Shown in pieces: positions 1 to 8,741 of a DNA stretch of 42,010 nucleotides. Position 1 is the first letter of the stretch, and every line of letters starts with the position of its first letter. Location of the stretch: contig CAYFRV010000001.1 in the NCBI GenBank assembly GCA_964345495.1, positions 1 through 42,010 on the forward strand, given 5' to 3'. The notes under the pieces were generated by a model. The model had not been told where the DNA came from. It saw only the letters and a program-made list of their open reading frames with translations, and did not search any database. Both the position numbers and the translations under genes were made by a program. This DNA comes from an uncultured Bacteroidales bacterium (GTDB lineage: Bacteria > Bacteroidota > Bacteroidia > Bacteroidales > UBA12077).

Positions 1-322
1 AGCTTTTGGCAGAGATTTTTCTAACATTCCGTCTTGCTACTTACTCATTCACATCCGCTGCTGCCACTGTTAACCTTGCGGTTTAATTCGGTAGCCATTC
101 TGTTGTCATTTGGTGGTCATTCTGTTGTCATTCGATAGTCATTCTGTTGTCATTCGATAGTCATTCGGTATATATTCAATTGTTTAGGAGTATATTTTTT
201 TTCAACGACTACTGTTTCTTTGTGCCAATGGCCAATAGCTAACAGCCAAAAGCCAAAAGCTGAACGCTTATTAGCAAAATGATGGCAATTTTCTATTTTA
301 CCTCTACTTCTGAAATTGCCTA
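1..322. repeat. Copy of the dispersed modular MITE-like palindromic intergenic element, cut by the window edge. Its right terminus is CCTCTACTTCTGAAATTGCC (301-320) followed by a TA flank.
   Basis: The terminus plus head (267-320) is homologous, as a reverse complement, to 41901-41954, 16751-16804 and 16965-17018. It contains low-complexity GCCAAT/GCCAAAAGC stretches (227-261). Bases 1-10 (AGCTTTTGGC) are the reverse complement of 252-261. Confidence 0.6.
89..170. repeat. 22-bp tandem direct repeat, about 3.7 units, inside the element.
   Basis: The units are CGGTAGCCATTCTGTTGTCATT (89-110), TGGTGGTCATTCTGTTGTCATT (111-132), CGATAGTCATTCTGTTGTCATT (133-154) and a partial CGATAGTCATTCGGTA (155-170). 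There are no spacers, so this is not a CRISPR array. Confidence 0.85.
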
Positions 323-338
323 TTTATAGAGAAAGAGG

Positions 339-959
339 TTAAAATGGCATGTAAATTATCTTCTTTGTTTTGAAGAATTCTTCTTTAAAAAAGTCGTTTA
401 TGTGGTATATCTGAATTTTATCTTTATATTTTTTTATCTCTTCTTCAAAATCTCCGCCTTTTAGATAAAACACTCCATTTTTCATGGAATTTTTGTTTGT
501 TTCGCTAATGTTATTTTTTACCCAATGGATAAACTTCGGGAATTGAGTAACAGCTCTGCTGGTTATGAAATCGAATTTTTCATTGTAGTTTTCTGCTCTT
601 GCGTGCACCGTTTCAATGTTTGTAAGTTCCATTTCTGCATTGATGGCTTCTATAACCTTCAACTTTTTTTTAATTGAATCTAATAAAACAAAGTGACATT
701 CCGGGTATACTATTGCAAGCGGAATTCCAGGGAAACCACCACCTGTGCCAATGTCCAGAATGTTTGTTCCGGGATTGAAATCAGCTATTTTGCATATAGC
801 CAGAGAGTGAAGGACATGATGGAGATAAAAATTTTGAAAGTCCTTTCGCGAAATGACATTTATTTTCTTATTCCAATGATTGTAAGCATCATAAAGCCCT
901 TTGAATTTCTCAATTTGCTCAGATGTTAAGCCGGGAAAATAGGACAACACTTTATTCAT
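339..959 (-). CDS. rsmG: 16S rRNA (guanine527-N7)-methyltransferase RsmG (GidB).
   Basis: 206 aa. It has the SAM-binding motif LDIGTGGGFPGIPLAI and GidB-like length and layout. Confidence 0.9.
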   Translation of the reverse strand: MNKVLSYFPGLTSEQIEKFKGLYDAYNHWNKKINVISRKDFQNFYLHHVLHSLAICKIADFNPGTNILDIGTGGGFPGIPLAIVYPECHFVLLDSIKKKLKVIEAINAEMELTNIETVHARAENYNEKFDFITSRAVTQFPKFIHWVKNNISETNKNSMKNGVFYLKGGDFEEEIKKYKDKIQIYHINDFFKEEFFKTKKIIYMPF

Positions 960-969
960 GACCCCGATG

Positions 970-1566
970 CTATTTGAGATGTTGGTCTTTATTTTTCAGA
1001 ATATTGAAAAGCAGTTCGCGTGCTCTGAAAAGTTGAGCCTTTACAGTACCTAAAGGGAGGTTTAATTCAGTGGCAATTTCTTCGTAGGAATATTCTTTGA
1101 AGTACCTAAGTTCAATAAGATTCCGATACCGGGGTTTGAGTTTATGAACAACACTCCTCATGAGTGAGACTTTCTGGTTCTTTATCATGTCAGCCTCAGG
1201 ATCCAGTGTATGGGACTGAAGTGAGGGAGCGGACATTTCAGAACTATCTTCTCCGTTATCTATAGAAACGATGTTTGCTTTCTTTTTTCTGATAAAGTCT
1301 ATACAATTGTTCGTTGCAATTTTAAAAAGCCAGGTACTGAAAGCATAATTGGGAGTGTATTGTTCAATATTTTTAAAGGCTTTGCCAAAAGCTTCAATGG
1401 TCAAATCTTCAGCGTCGTTTTTATTATTCACCATTTTCAGCAGCATATAATAGATAGCATCTTTATACCTGTCCAGCAATTCAGCATAAGCTTTTTCGTC
1501 ACCTTTAACAGCAAGCTGAACCAACTTATAATCGTATTTTGCTTTGTCGGATAAGTTGGAATTCAT
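970..1566 (-). CDS. RNA polymerase ECF-type sigma-70 factor.
   Basis: 198 aa. Region 2 reads FSTWLFKIATNNCIDFIRKKK. The region 4 HTH reads YSYEEIATELNLPLGTVKAQLFRAR. Confidence 0.85.
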   Translation of the reverse strand: MNSNLSDKAKYDYKLVQLAVKGDEKAYAELLDRYKDAIYYMLLKMVNNKNDAEDLTIEAFGKAFKNIEQYTPNYAFSTWLFKIATNNCIDFIRKKKANIVSIDNGEDSSEMSAPSLQSHTLDPEADMIKNQKVSLMRSVVHKLKPRYRNLIELRYFKEYSYEEIATELNLPLGTVKAQLFRARELLFNILKNKDQHLK

Positions 1567-1582
1567 TTAGTTTCGCTTTAGA

Positions 1583-2722
1583 TCAGATTTTAGTATTTTT
1601 ATTTGCTTCAATTTTATTTGAAATTAATCCTATAAAGTTAAATAATGGTAACAACAAATCATAAAAAGGCGAAAGTAATAATAAATATTTTTCACACAAT
1701 TTCTTTGAAATGTTATTTATAACAATTAATTGAATTAAAAGTCTTAATAAAAACACTCCAATTATATAGAGATGGAATTCAGTAAAATATATAAGAGACA
1801 GAACAAAGCTTGCATAAAAGAAGATTCTGCTGTATACTTCTGTCAGCAATCGCCATTTTGTTTTTTTGTTATAAAAAGAAGCAGCTTTCAAATGTCTTTT
1901 TTTCTGTTTAAACCATGCAATAAAATTTTTTTGAGGCTCTGACCTGACAATCGCTTCTTTAGAAATTTGTATTTTGGTATTTTGTTTGTTTGCAGTCTGA
2001 TTAATAAAGATATCATCATCACCTGATTCTATATGGTAATGTCCTGAAAAACCTTTGTTTTTGTAAAATAAATTCTTTTTATACCCCATGTTTCTTCCTA
2101 TTCCCATGTACGGAAATCCCGAAAGGGCATAAGTTAAATATTGAAGGGCAATAGTTAGCGTGTCGTAACGGATTAGCGTGTTTAGCAATCCGCCCTGGTG
2201 TTTGTATCCTCCATATCCAAGCACGATAGAGTTATCATTGGTAAATTGTTCCGCCATTTTACTAACCCAGTTATTAGAAACGGGGTAGCAGTCAGCATCA
2301 GTAAACAGGAGACATTCATTTTTTGCTGCTTTTATTCCTATCGTAACAGCTAATTTTTTCCCATGGGTGAATTTTTGGTCTTTCTTTATTTCTGTAGTTT
2401 TAAGGTGGGCGTATTGATTGGATAGTCGTTTTAATACGATATCGCTATCATCTGTTGAGCAATCGTTAACCACTACCACTTCAAAATCTTTATAATTCTG
2501 CTCTAAAACAAGGGGTAGATTTTTTTCCAGGTTTTCCTGTTCATCACGTGCACATATTATAACCGAAACAGGTGGTTTATTGCCGGTGTGTTCAGGTTGC
2601 TTATAAAATAAAATTTTTCCGTAAATAGCTATGTAATAGACTAGTTGTATGATTGTTGTGATTACTAAAACTATAGGGATTATCCATAGAGGGTTTTGAG
2701 AGATGAGGTCTATTATTTGCAT
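1583..2722 (-). CDS. Glycosyltransferase family 2, membrane-embedded and synthase-like.
   Basis: 379 aa. It has an N-terminal TM segment, a GT-A core (VSVIICARDE, VVVNDCSTDDS, FTDADC DxD-like, GDDD), a QKKRH motif and C-terminal hydrophobic helices. Confidence 0.8.
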   Translation of the reverse strand: MQIIDLISQNPLWIIPIVLVITTIIQLVYYIAIYGKILFYKQPEHTGNKPPVSVIICARDEQENLEKNLPLVLEQNYKDFEVVVVNDCSTDDSDIVLKRLSNQYAHLKTTEIKKDQKFTHGKKLAVTIGIKAAKNECLLFTDADCYPVSNNWVSKMAEQFTNDNSIVLGYGGYKHQGGLLNTLIRYDTLTIALQYLTYALSGFPYMGIGRNMGYKKNLFYKNKGFSGHYHIESGDDDIFINQTANKQNTKIQISKEAIVRSEPQKNFIAWFKQKKRHLKAASFYNKKTKWRLLTEVYSRIFFYASFVLSLIYFTEFHLYIIGVFLLRLLIQLIVINNISKKLCEKYLLLLSPFYDLLLPLFNFIGLISNKIEANKNTKI

Positions 2723-2838
2723 TCTTATATTTTATTTTTCTTTAACAATGTTATGAAAGTTTTTTTTACTACACAAATTGTTCTTTAAACTTTATCTTTA
2801 TGAATGATTATATTTGCCGGATAATTTTTGTTTAATGA

Positions 2839-2939
2839 AACCCTCATCCACTAAATGCAGACAAAAAACCATGAATACATCCTGCCTGCCGCTCAGGCAG
2901 GTGTGTCGTGTCTGGCAGGCAGGAGGGTTCCATGCATTT
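2839..2939. other. GC-rich structured inverted-repeat island in the divergent GT2/tgt intergenic region.
   Basis: CCTGCCTGCC (2881-2890) is perfectly complementary to GGCAGGCAGG (2914-2923). A competing AGGCAGG lies at 2895-2901. The outer pairs are AAATGCA (2853-2859)/TGCATTT (2933-2939) and CCCTC (2841-2845)/GAGGG (2923-2927). Confidence 0.35.
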
Positions 2940-3011
2940 AACATCTTGAAATGTCAATATTGATCCAAAACATATTAATGAAAACCAAACTGTTAACAAA
3001 CCTTTATCCAA

Positions 3012-4142
3012 ATGAATTTCAAGGTTAATAAAACATCGGAAGGTTCAAAAGCAAGGAGCGGGGAGTTTTTAACTTCACATGGTAAAGTGTTAACACCTGT
3101 TTTTATGCCTGTAGGTACTTTAGGAAGCGTCAAAGGGATAAATCAGAAGGATTTGAGAGAAGAGATTAAGTCTCAAATGCTACTATCGAATACATATCAT
3201 TTGTTTTTACGTCCAGGCGTTGATGTTTTGGAGAGTGCCGGAGGGTTGCATAAATTTATAAACTGGGATAGGCCTATTCTTACCGATAGTGGAGGTTACC
3301 AGGTTTTTTCTTTGTCTGATAACAGAAAGCTGACGGACGATGGTGCCTATTTTCGTTCACATATAGATGGTTCGAAACATTTTTTTAGTCCGGAGAATGT
3401 GGTCGATATTCAGCGGTCTATAGGTGCTGATATTATGATGGCTTTTGATGAATGTACGCCCTATCCCTGTGAATACAAAGCGGCAAAAAAATCGATGCAG
3501 TTAACGCATGGCTGGTTAAAACGCGGAATACAACAGTTTAAAGCTACTGAGCCGAAATACGATTATGATCAGTTTTTTTTTCCGATTGTGCAGGGTAGTG
3601 TTTATGAAGACCTTAGGAAAGAGTCGGCAAAGTTTATCAGCGAAAATGAAACCGCTGGCTATGCCATTGGTGGATTATCTGTAGGAGAGCCGATTGAAAT
3701 CATGTATGAAATGATTGAAGTTGTGAATGAAATATTACCCAAAACAAAACCACGTTATTTAATGGGTGTCGGAACACCAGTGAACATTCTGGAAGCTATT
3801 GACAGAGGAGTGGATATGTTCGATTGTGTGCTTCCTACCCGCAATGGAAGAAATGGAATGTTGTTCACTAAAAATGGAATTATCAATATTAAAAATTACA
3901 AATGGAGAACAGATTTTACACCTTTGGAGGAAAATGGAGAATCTTATGTTGATAGTTTCTTTAGTAAGGCATATTTGAGGCATTTATTTGTATCAAAAGA
4001 AATGTTGGGTTCACAAATTGCCACTATGCATAACCTCAGCTTTTATATGTGGTTGGTTCGCAGAGCCAGAGAAAAAATTGAGGAGGGAAGTTTTCCCTCA
4101 TGGAAAAAGGAAATGACAGAAAAACTAGGTCAAAGATTATGA
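3012..4142 (+). CDS. tgt: Queuine tRNA-ribosyltransferase (tRNA-guanine transglycosylase).
   Basis: 376 aa. Motifs seen are LTDSGGYQVFS, AFDECTPYP, YLMGVGTP and CVLPTRNGRNG. Confidence 0.92.
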   Translation: MNFKVNKTSEGSKARSGEFLTSHGKVLTPVFMPVGTLGSVKGINQKDLREEIKSQMLLSNTYHLFLRPGVDVLESAGGLHKFINWDRPILTDSGGYQVFSLSDNRKLTDDGAYFRSHIDGSKHFFSPENVVDIQRSIGADIMMAFDECTPYPCEYKAAKKSMQLTHGWLKRGIQQFKATEPKYDYDQFFFPIVQGSVYEDLRKESAKFISENETAGYAIGGLSVGEPIEIMYEMIEVVNEILPKTKPRYLMGVGTPVNILEAIDRGVDMFDCVLPTRNGRNGMLFTKNGIINIKNYKWRTDFTPLEENGESYVDSFFSKAYLRHLFVSKEMLGSQIATMHNLSFYMWLVRRAREKIEEGSFPSWKKEMTEKLGQRL

Positions 4143-5230
4143 TTATTCCGGGATTAAAAAAAATAGACATCTATATTATCAAGAAGTTTCTTGGAACTTA
4201 TTTCTTTGCAATTGCTTTAATTGTTAGTATTTCTATAGTTTTTGATCTGTCAGAGAAGGTAGATAATTTCATTGATAATGAAGCGCCACTTAAAGGAGTT
4301 TTACTGTATTATCTGTATTTTATTCCCTGGTTGGCTAATCTTTTGAGCTCATTATTCACTTTCATAGCAGTGATCTTTTTTACTTCAAAAATGGCCTACA
4401 ATTCTGAAATCATTGCTATTCTGAGTAATGGCGTCAGTTTTCGGCGCATTTTATTACCGTATTTTATAGCAGCAACCCTCATTGCTCTAATTTCTTTTGG
4501 TTTAATGGGATATGTCATTCCATATTCGAATGAACACCGAATTAGTTTTGAACTTTCTTATATTAAAGGCAAGCGCCCCGAGGTGCAAAGAAATATTCAC
4601 ATGCAGATAGATACAGGGAAATATGTCTCTATGCGTAGTTATGATCCACGAAAAGATCAGGGACATAAATTTTCGCTGGAAAAATATGAAGAAGGAAAAT
4701 TGATTTCCAAATTGATGGCAGATAAACTGAGGTGGGATTCGACAGCAAATAAGTGGATAGTTGAAAATTATTACATCAGAGAATTAAATAAAGACGGAAC
4801 TGATGAATTAAGAAGCGGGAAGGAAACAGATACCTCATTAACTGTTACTCCATTAGATTTCCAACAAAGGGAAGATTATGTAGAAACGATGGATATGAAG
4901 GAGCTTGATGAATTTATTGATCGGAGAAAAATGCAGGGTGCCGAAAATCTGGAAGTTTATCTCATTGAAAAACACAGGAGGTTTTCTTATCCTTTTTCTA
5001 CTTTTATCCTAACTTTGATAGGTGTTTTTCTGTCTTCAAGAAAAGTTAGGGGAGGAATGGGCGTGCAAATAGGAGTCGGAATAACCCTTAGTTTTGCTTA
5101 TATTCTGTTTATGAGATTCGCCCGTATGTATGCACTCACGGGTGCAATAGCACCGTTTGTTGCAGTATGGATACCCAATGTTATTTTTGCTTTAATTGCT
5201 TTATTGTTATATAGATTTGCCCCGAGATAG
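4139..5230 (+). CDS. LptF/LptG-family (YjgP/YjgQ) LPS export permease.
   Basis: It is a multi-TM protein with a periplasmic insert, which is the typical YjgP/YjgQ topology. I prefer the ATG at 4139, which forms an ATGA overlap with the tgt stop, over the upstream in-frame ATG at 4100. Confidence 0.75.
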   Translation: MIIPGLKKIDIYIIKKFLGTYFFAIALIVSISIVFDLSEKVDNFIDNEAPLKGVLLYYLYFIPWLANLLSSLFTFIAVIFFTSKMAYNSEIIAILSNGVSFRRILLPYFIAATLIALISFGLMGYVIPYSNEHRISFELSYIKGKRPEVQRNIHMQIDTGKYVSMRSYDPRKDQGHKFSLEKYEEGKLISKLMADKLRWDSTANKWIVENYYIRELNKDGTDELRSGKETDTSLTVTPLDFQQREDYVETMDMKELDEFIDRRKMQGAENLEVYLIEKHRRFSYPFSTFILTLIGVFLSSRKVRGGMGVQIGVGITLSFAYILFMRFARMYALTGAIAPFVAVWIPNVIFALIALLLYRFAPR

Positions 5231-5264
5231 AAAAAATTGTATATTGGTTATTAGGGTTTTACTG

Positions 5265-5298
5265 ATTTGACTGTAAAAAAAGGTCAAATTTGTTTTTA
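5265..5298 (+). terminator. Putative intrinsic terminator after the LptF/G gene.
   Basis: The stem is ATTTGAC (5265-5271)/GTCAAAT (5283-5289), followed by TTGTTTTTA. The stem is AT-rich. Confidence 0.4.
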
Positions 5299-5337
5299 TT
5301 AATTTATTTGATTTTGTAATGTTGTAGTTTGTTTATT

Positions 5338-5345
5338 TATTTTTG
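5338..5345 (+). promoter_or_regulatory. Candidate Bacteroidota -7 box (TAnnTTTG).
   Basis: TATTTTTG lies 30 nt upstream of the ATG at 5375. A TTTG at 5313-5316 sits 21 nt upstream and could be the -33 element. Confidence 0.35.
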
Positions 5346-5374
5346 CTGGTTCTTTCTAACTAAATTTATTTATT

Positions 5375-6922
5375 ATGTCATTGAAAAGAAAGATTCTTGA
5401 ATTACAGAAAAAGCGTGAAAAAGTACTGCAAGGCGGAGGCGAAAAAGCTATAGAAAAACAGGTAGCCATGGGTAAGATGACTGCCAGGGAACGTGTTATT
5501 ACACTTCTGGATGATAATTCTTTCCATGAGTATGACCTGTTTGTAGAACATGAAGCTAAGGATTTTGATATGGATAAAAAGGTTCTTCATGGTGACGGTG
5601 TGATTATTGGTACCGGCACTATTTATGGAGCGCCTGTATGTATTTTTGCGCAGGACTTTACAGTTGCAGGAGGCTCATTGGGGCTGATGCACGCCCGTAA
5701 GATCGGAAAAATCATGGATCACGCTATGAAGATGCGTGTCCCCTTAATCGGAATTAACGATTCGGGCGGAGCCAGAATTCAGGAAGGGGTAAACTCACTT
5801 GCCGGTTATGGCGAAATATTTTATCGCAATACGGTGAGTTCGGGTGTTATACCTCAAATTTCCGTTATACTTGGTCCCTGTGCTGGTGGAGCCGTTTATT
5901 CTCCTGCATTGACAGATTTTGTTTTTGTGGTTGAAAACATTTCCAAAATGTTTATTACCGGCCCGGGCGTTATTAAAACTGTTCTGGGCGAAGACATATC
6001 TATGGAAGAACTAGGAGGCGCAAAAGTTCACAGTGAAACAACAGGAAATGCTCATTTCTATGCTGAGAGTGAACTGGAGTGCTTTAACCAGATAAAGAAA
6101 TTAGTTACCTACATTCCGTGGAATAATAGTCAGAAAGCTAAACGTATGGAGCCTAAAGAGCCCCTTTCTGATAAATATCCTATCGATGAAATTGTGCCCG
6201 GAAATTCAAAAGAACCTTATGACATTCGTGATGTTATAAAAGCGGTAACTGATGAATCTGACTTTTTTGAAATTCAGGAAAGGTGGGCCAGTAATATTGT
6301 CATAGGTTTTGGACGAATTAACGGAAACACCGTAGGTTTTGTAGGAAATCAGCCATTGATACTTGCAGGAGTCTTGGATGTTGATTCTTCTGATAAAGCT
6401 GCCCGGTTTATTCGTTATTGTGATGCATTTAATATTCCTGTGGTAACATTGGTCGATTTGCCGGGATACCTTCCAGGAGCCGATCAGGAACATGCCGGTG
6501 TTATCCGTCATGGTGCGAAAGTGTTGTATGCTTACAGTGAGGCCACAGTGCCTAAGATAACTTTCATTCTCCGTAAAGCTTATGGAGGTGGATATATTGC
6601 AATGAATTCAATACACTTGAACGCAGACTTTGTTTTTGCATGGCCTGGCGCTGAGATAGCTGTTATGGGGCCCGAGGGAGCTGCAAATATCATCTTCCGA
6701 AAAGAGATACAAAATGCTGATGACCCCGAAAAAATGCGAAAACAGAAAGTTAAGGAGTATAAGCAGAAGTTTGCTAATCCTTATGTTGCAGCGGCTAAAG
6801 GTTATGTAGACTCTGTTATTGAACCCCGAGAAACAAGAAAATTATTAGAGCATGCACTAGAAGTTTCTCAAAATAAGGTAGATAAGCGTCCATCTAAGAA
6901 ACATGGTATTCCACCATTTTAA
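5375..6922 (+). CDS. Acyl-CoA carboxyltransferase, similar to propionyl-CoA carboxylase beta and methylmalonyl-CoA decarboxylase alpha.
   Basis: 515 aa. Motifs seen are FAQDFTVAGGSLG, INDSGGARIQEG, GPCAGGAVYSPA and RKAYGGGYIAM. Confidence 0.88.
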   Translation: MSLKRKILELQKKREKVLQGGGEKAIEKQVAMGKMTARERVITLLDDNSFHEYDLFVEHEAKDFDMDKKVLHGDGVIIGTGTIYGAPVCIFAQDFTVAGGSLGLMHARKIGKIMDHAMKMRVPLIGINDSGGARIQEGVNSLAGYGEIFYRNTVSSGVIPQISVILGPCAGGAVYSPALTDFVFVVENISKMFITGPGVIKTVLGEDISMEELGGAKVHSETTGNAHFYAESELECFNQIKKLVTYIPWNNSQKAKRMEPKEPLSDKYPIDEIVPGNSKEPYDIRDVIKAVTDESDFFEIQERWASNIVIGFGRINGNTVGFVGNQPLILAGVLDVDSSDKAARFIRYCDAFNIPVVTLVDLPGYLPGADQEHAGVIRHGAKVLYAYSEATVPKITFILRKAYGGGYIAMNSIHLNADFVFAWPGAEIAVMGPEGAANIIFRKEIQNADDPEKMRKQKVKEYKQKFANPYVAAAKGYVDSVIEPRETRKLLEHALEVSQNKVDKRPSKKHGIPPF

Positions 6923-6933
6923 AATTGTTGTGT

Positions 6934-7317
6934 ATGACTACGAATAAAAAAGATAAATCTCAGGAAAAAACGAATCAACAAGTGGACAAGGAAAAAAATG
7001 GTAAGTCCACTCAGCGTTATAGTTCGTTTTGGATTGATGCTACAAAGTACAAGACTAAAATAACAGATAAATTTAGGAACAGGAAAAAATGGGACACATC
7101 TAATAGAGGAGCCGTTTATTCTGAATTTCCCGGAACCGTGCTGAAAGTTGATGTGCAAAAGGGAGATAATGTTGAAAAAGGCGACAGACTCTATATTTAT
7201 GATGCTATGAAAATGAAAAACAGGGCTTATTCCCCTCGCGACGGGAAAGTTAAGGAGGTGAATATTTCTGAGAATGACGTAATTAAAAAAGGTCAGCTAT
7301 TATTTGTTATTGAATAG
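6934..7317 (+). CDS. Biotin/lipoyl-attachment domain protein (biotin carboxyl carrier) with a Lys-rich N-terminal extension.
   Basis: The C-terminal roughly 65 aa form a biotinyl domain with the DAMKMKN biotinyl-lysine motif. I prefer the ATG at 6934 over the TTG at 6925. Confidence 0.8.
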   Translation: MTTNKKDKSQEKTNQQVDKEKNGKSTQRYSSFWIDATKYKTKITDKFRNRKKWDTSNRGAVYSEFPGTVLKVDVQKGDNVEKGDRLYIYDAMKMKNRAYSPRDGKVKEVNISENDVIKKGQLLFVIE

Positions 7318-7348
7318 TCGAATAAACCAGACAACATGTATTTTAAAA

Positions 7349-7380
7349 ATGACGGCTTTACTGGCCGTCATTTTTATTTT
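7349..7380 (+). terminator. Intrinsic terminator after the biotin carrier gene.
   Basis: The stem is ATGACGGC (7349-7356)/GCCGTCAT (7364-7371), followed by a TTTTTATTTT tract. Confidence 0.75.
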
Positions 7381-7449
7381 TGAAAATTAATGGTTTGGAA
7401 ATTCATATATTCTTTTTATCTTTAGTTTCCCTAAGGAAGCTCAGCTAAA

Positions 7450-8436
7450 ATGGAAAATATATTACTGATTGACAGTGACGAAAAATTCGCTAATGATGTT
7501 TCAGAATATCTTAAAGGGTTAGGCTATAGTATCTTGCTTGCCACTGATGGTCCTTCAGGCGTACAAAAAGCACTCCAGTATATTCCTGATATTATAGTAT
7601 GTGATGCTGGCCTTAAAGGGCTTTCAGGATATGAAGTTTTTAATATGATCCAGCAAATTAACACCACTGCTGTCATACCTTTTATTTTTCTGACTACAAA
7701 GAATGCCTATGAAGATCTTCGTACTGTAATGAACCTGGGCGTAGATGATTTTCTTGTTAAACCGTTTGAATTTTCTGAATTAAAAAGATTGCTTGAGGTT
7801 CGGATCGAAAAACAGGAGAAAATTCTTAATCAAATTGATGAAAGATTTAATTTGCTTATAGATTATGCTTATTCTGCTATTTATATATATCAGGACGAGA
7901 GGCTTGAGTATGTCAATCAAAAGTTCTGTAATATTTTAGGATACTCCAAGAAGGAATTGTTGGGAATGAGTTTGGTAAATATTGTATATAAAGATGATAT
8001 TCATATTGTCATTGATAAAATTAATAGGTGTTTCAGGGGAGTTCATGATGAGTTAAAAGTTGGATTTCGGGCAATAAGACGAGACCAAAATGTAATCTAT
8101 GTTAATCTTTCCGGGAATGTTGTTACTATGAAAGGTAAGAAAAGTCTTGTCGGAACCCTTACGAAACAGGAAGAAGACCAGCCGGAACTTAACGGAGAAT
8201 ATGAAGAAATACTAGATAATCAGACCGCTTCATCAAAGCAGGATATTACATCCAGAGAAAAAGATGTTTTGAAATTTATTTGTGATGGAATGTCAAATCA
8301 GGAAATTGGCGAAAAACTCTCTATTAGTGTTCGTACTGTTGAAGGACACAGAAATAGATTGCTAAAGAAAACAGGCTGTAAAAACTCTGCCGAACTTGCT
8401 ATTTATGCTGTTAAATCAGGTTTTTATAAAGTGTGA
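7450..8436 (+). CDS. Response regulator with REC, PAS and LuxR-type HTH domains.
   Basis: The REC residues are present (DSD, DIIVCDAGL, FLTT, VKPF). A central PAS-like segment follows. The C-terminal region reads SREKDVLKFICDGMSNQEIGEKLSISVRTVEGHRNRLLKK. Confidence 0.85.
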   Translation: MENILLIDSDEKFANDVSEYLKGLGYSILLATDGPSGVQKALQYIPDIIVCDAGLKGLSGYEVFNMIQQINTTAVIPFIFLTTKNAYEDLRTVMNLGVDDFLVKPFEFSELKRLLEVRIEKQEKILNQIDERFNLLIDYAYSAIYIYQDERLEYVNQKFCNILGYSKKELLGMSLVNIVYKDDIHIVIDKINRCFRGVHDELKVGFRAIRRDQNVIYVNLSGNVVTMKGKKSLVGTLTKQEEDQPELNGEYEEILDNQTASSKQDITSREKDVLKFICDGMSNQEIGEKLSISVRTVEGHRNRLLKKTGCKNSAELAIYAVKSGFYKV

Positions 8437-8741
8437 TTTTTTACGTTTTTTATGCTTATAGGTGATTTTACCTGTGTATAAATCCTACATGGGTAATAAT
8501 ACGCATTTTTAATTGTTTTATTTTCAGTGTTTTAGCTAAATTCGTTTTCCGTGTAATTTTAATTTTTTATTTTACTGAAGTGAGTTTTGCTGTTCTACCT
8601 CCTTTTATCTCTGCTATAGGGAGTAATAAAACAATACGTTTCTTTATTAATTAATCGAAAACAGGGATTAGGTAAAAATACTCTTTTTATCATTTAAATA
8701 AGCTCTTATCTTAGTTTTGGTTTTAACCCAAAATTTTGCTT

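Noticed and set aside
89-170. Possible CRISPR array, because of the regular 22-bp repeats.
   Set aside because: The units are directly adjacent with no spacers. There are only 3.7 copies and no cas genes. It is a tandem repeat inside the MITE-like element.
693-929. Antisense or alternate-frame ORFs nested in large genes: 693-929, 1360-1554, 3759-3983, 5402-5590, 6206-6511, 6919-7158, 10979-11212, 11614-11969, 14608-14892, 15308-15520, 16377-16622, 17372-17572, 19738-19926, 20443-20815, 21725-22620, 23051-23355, 25146-25942, 26305-27087, 27626-27880, 27970-28843, 29086-29343, 30836-31168, 32736-33032, 34995-35918, 37220-38920 and 41120-41326.
   Set aside because: All lie within confidently assigned genes on the opposite strand or in another frame. 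Their composition is low-complexity or hydrophobic-junk-like and they carry no recognisable motifs. They are shadow ORFs.
4100-4138. Longer N-terminal extensions offered by the ORF track (4100 for LptF/G, 23348 for the acylase, 30175 for AlkP, 33464 for the OMP-like gene, 6925 for the biotin carrier, 8736 for CheW-like).
   Set aside because: The extensions overlap upstream genes, use TTG starts or precede an obvious signal peptide or TM start. Downstream ATG codons give canonical N-termini.
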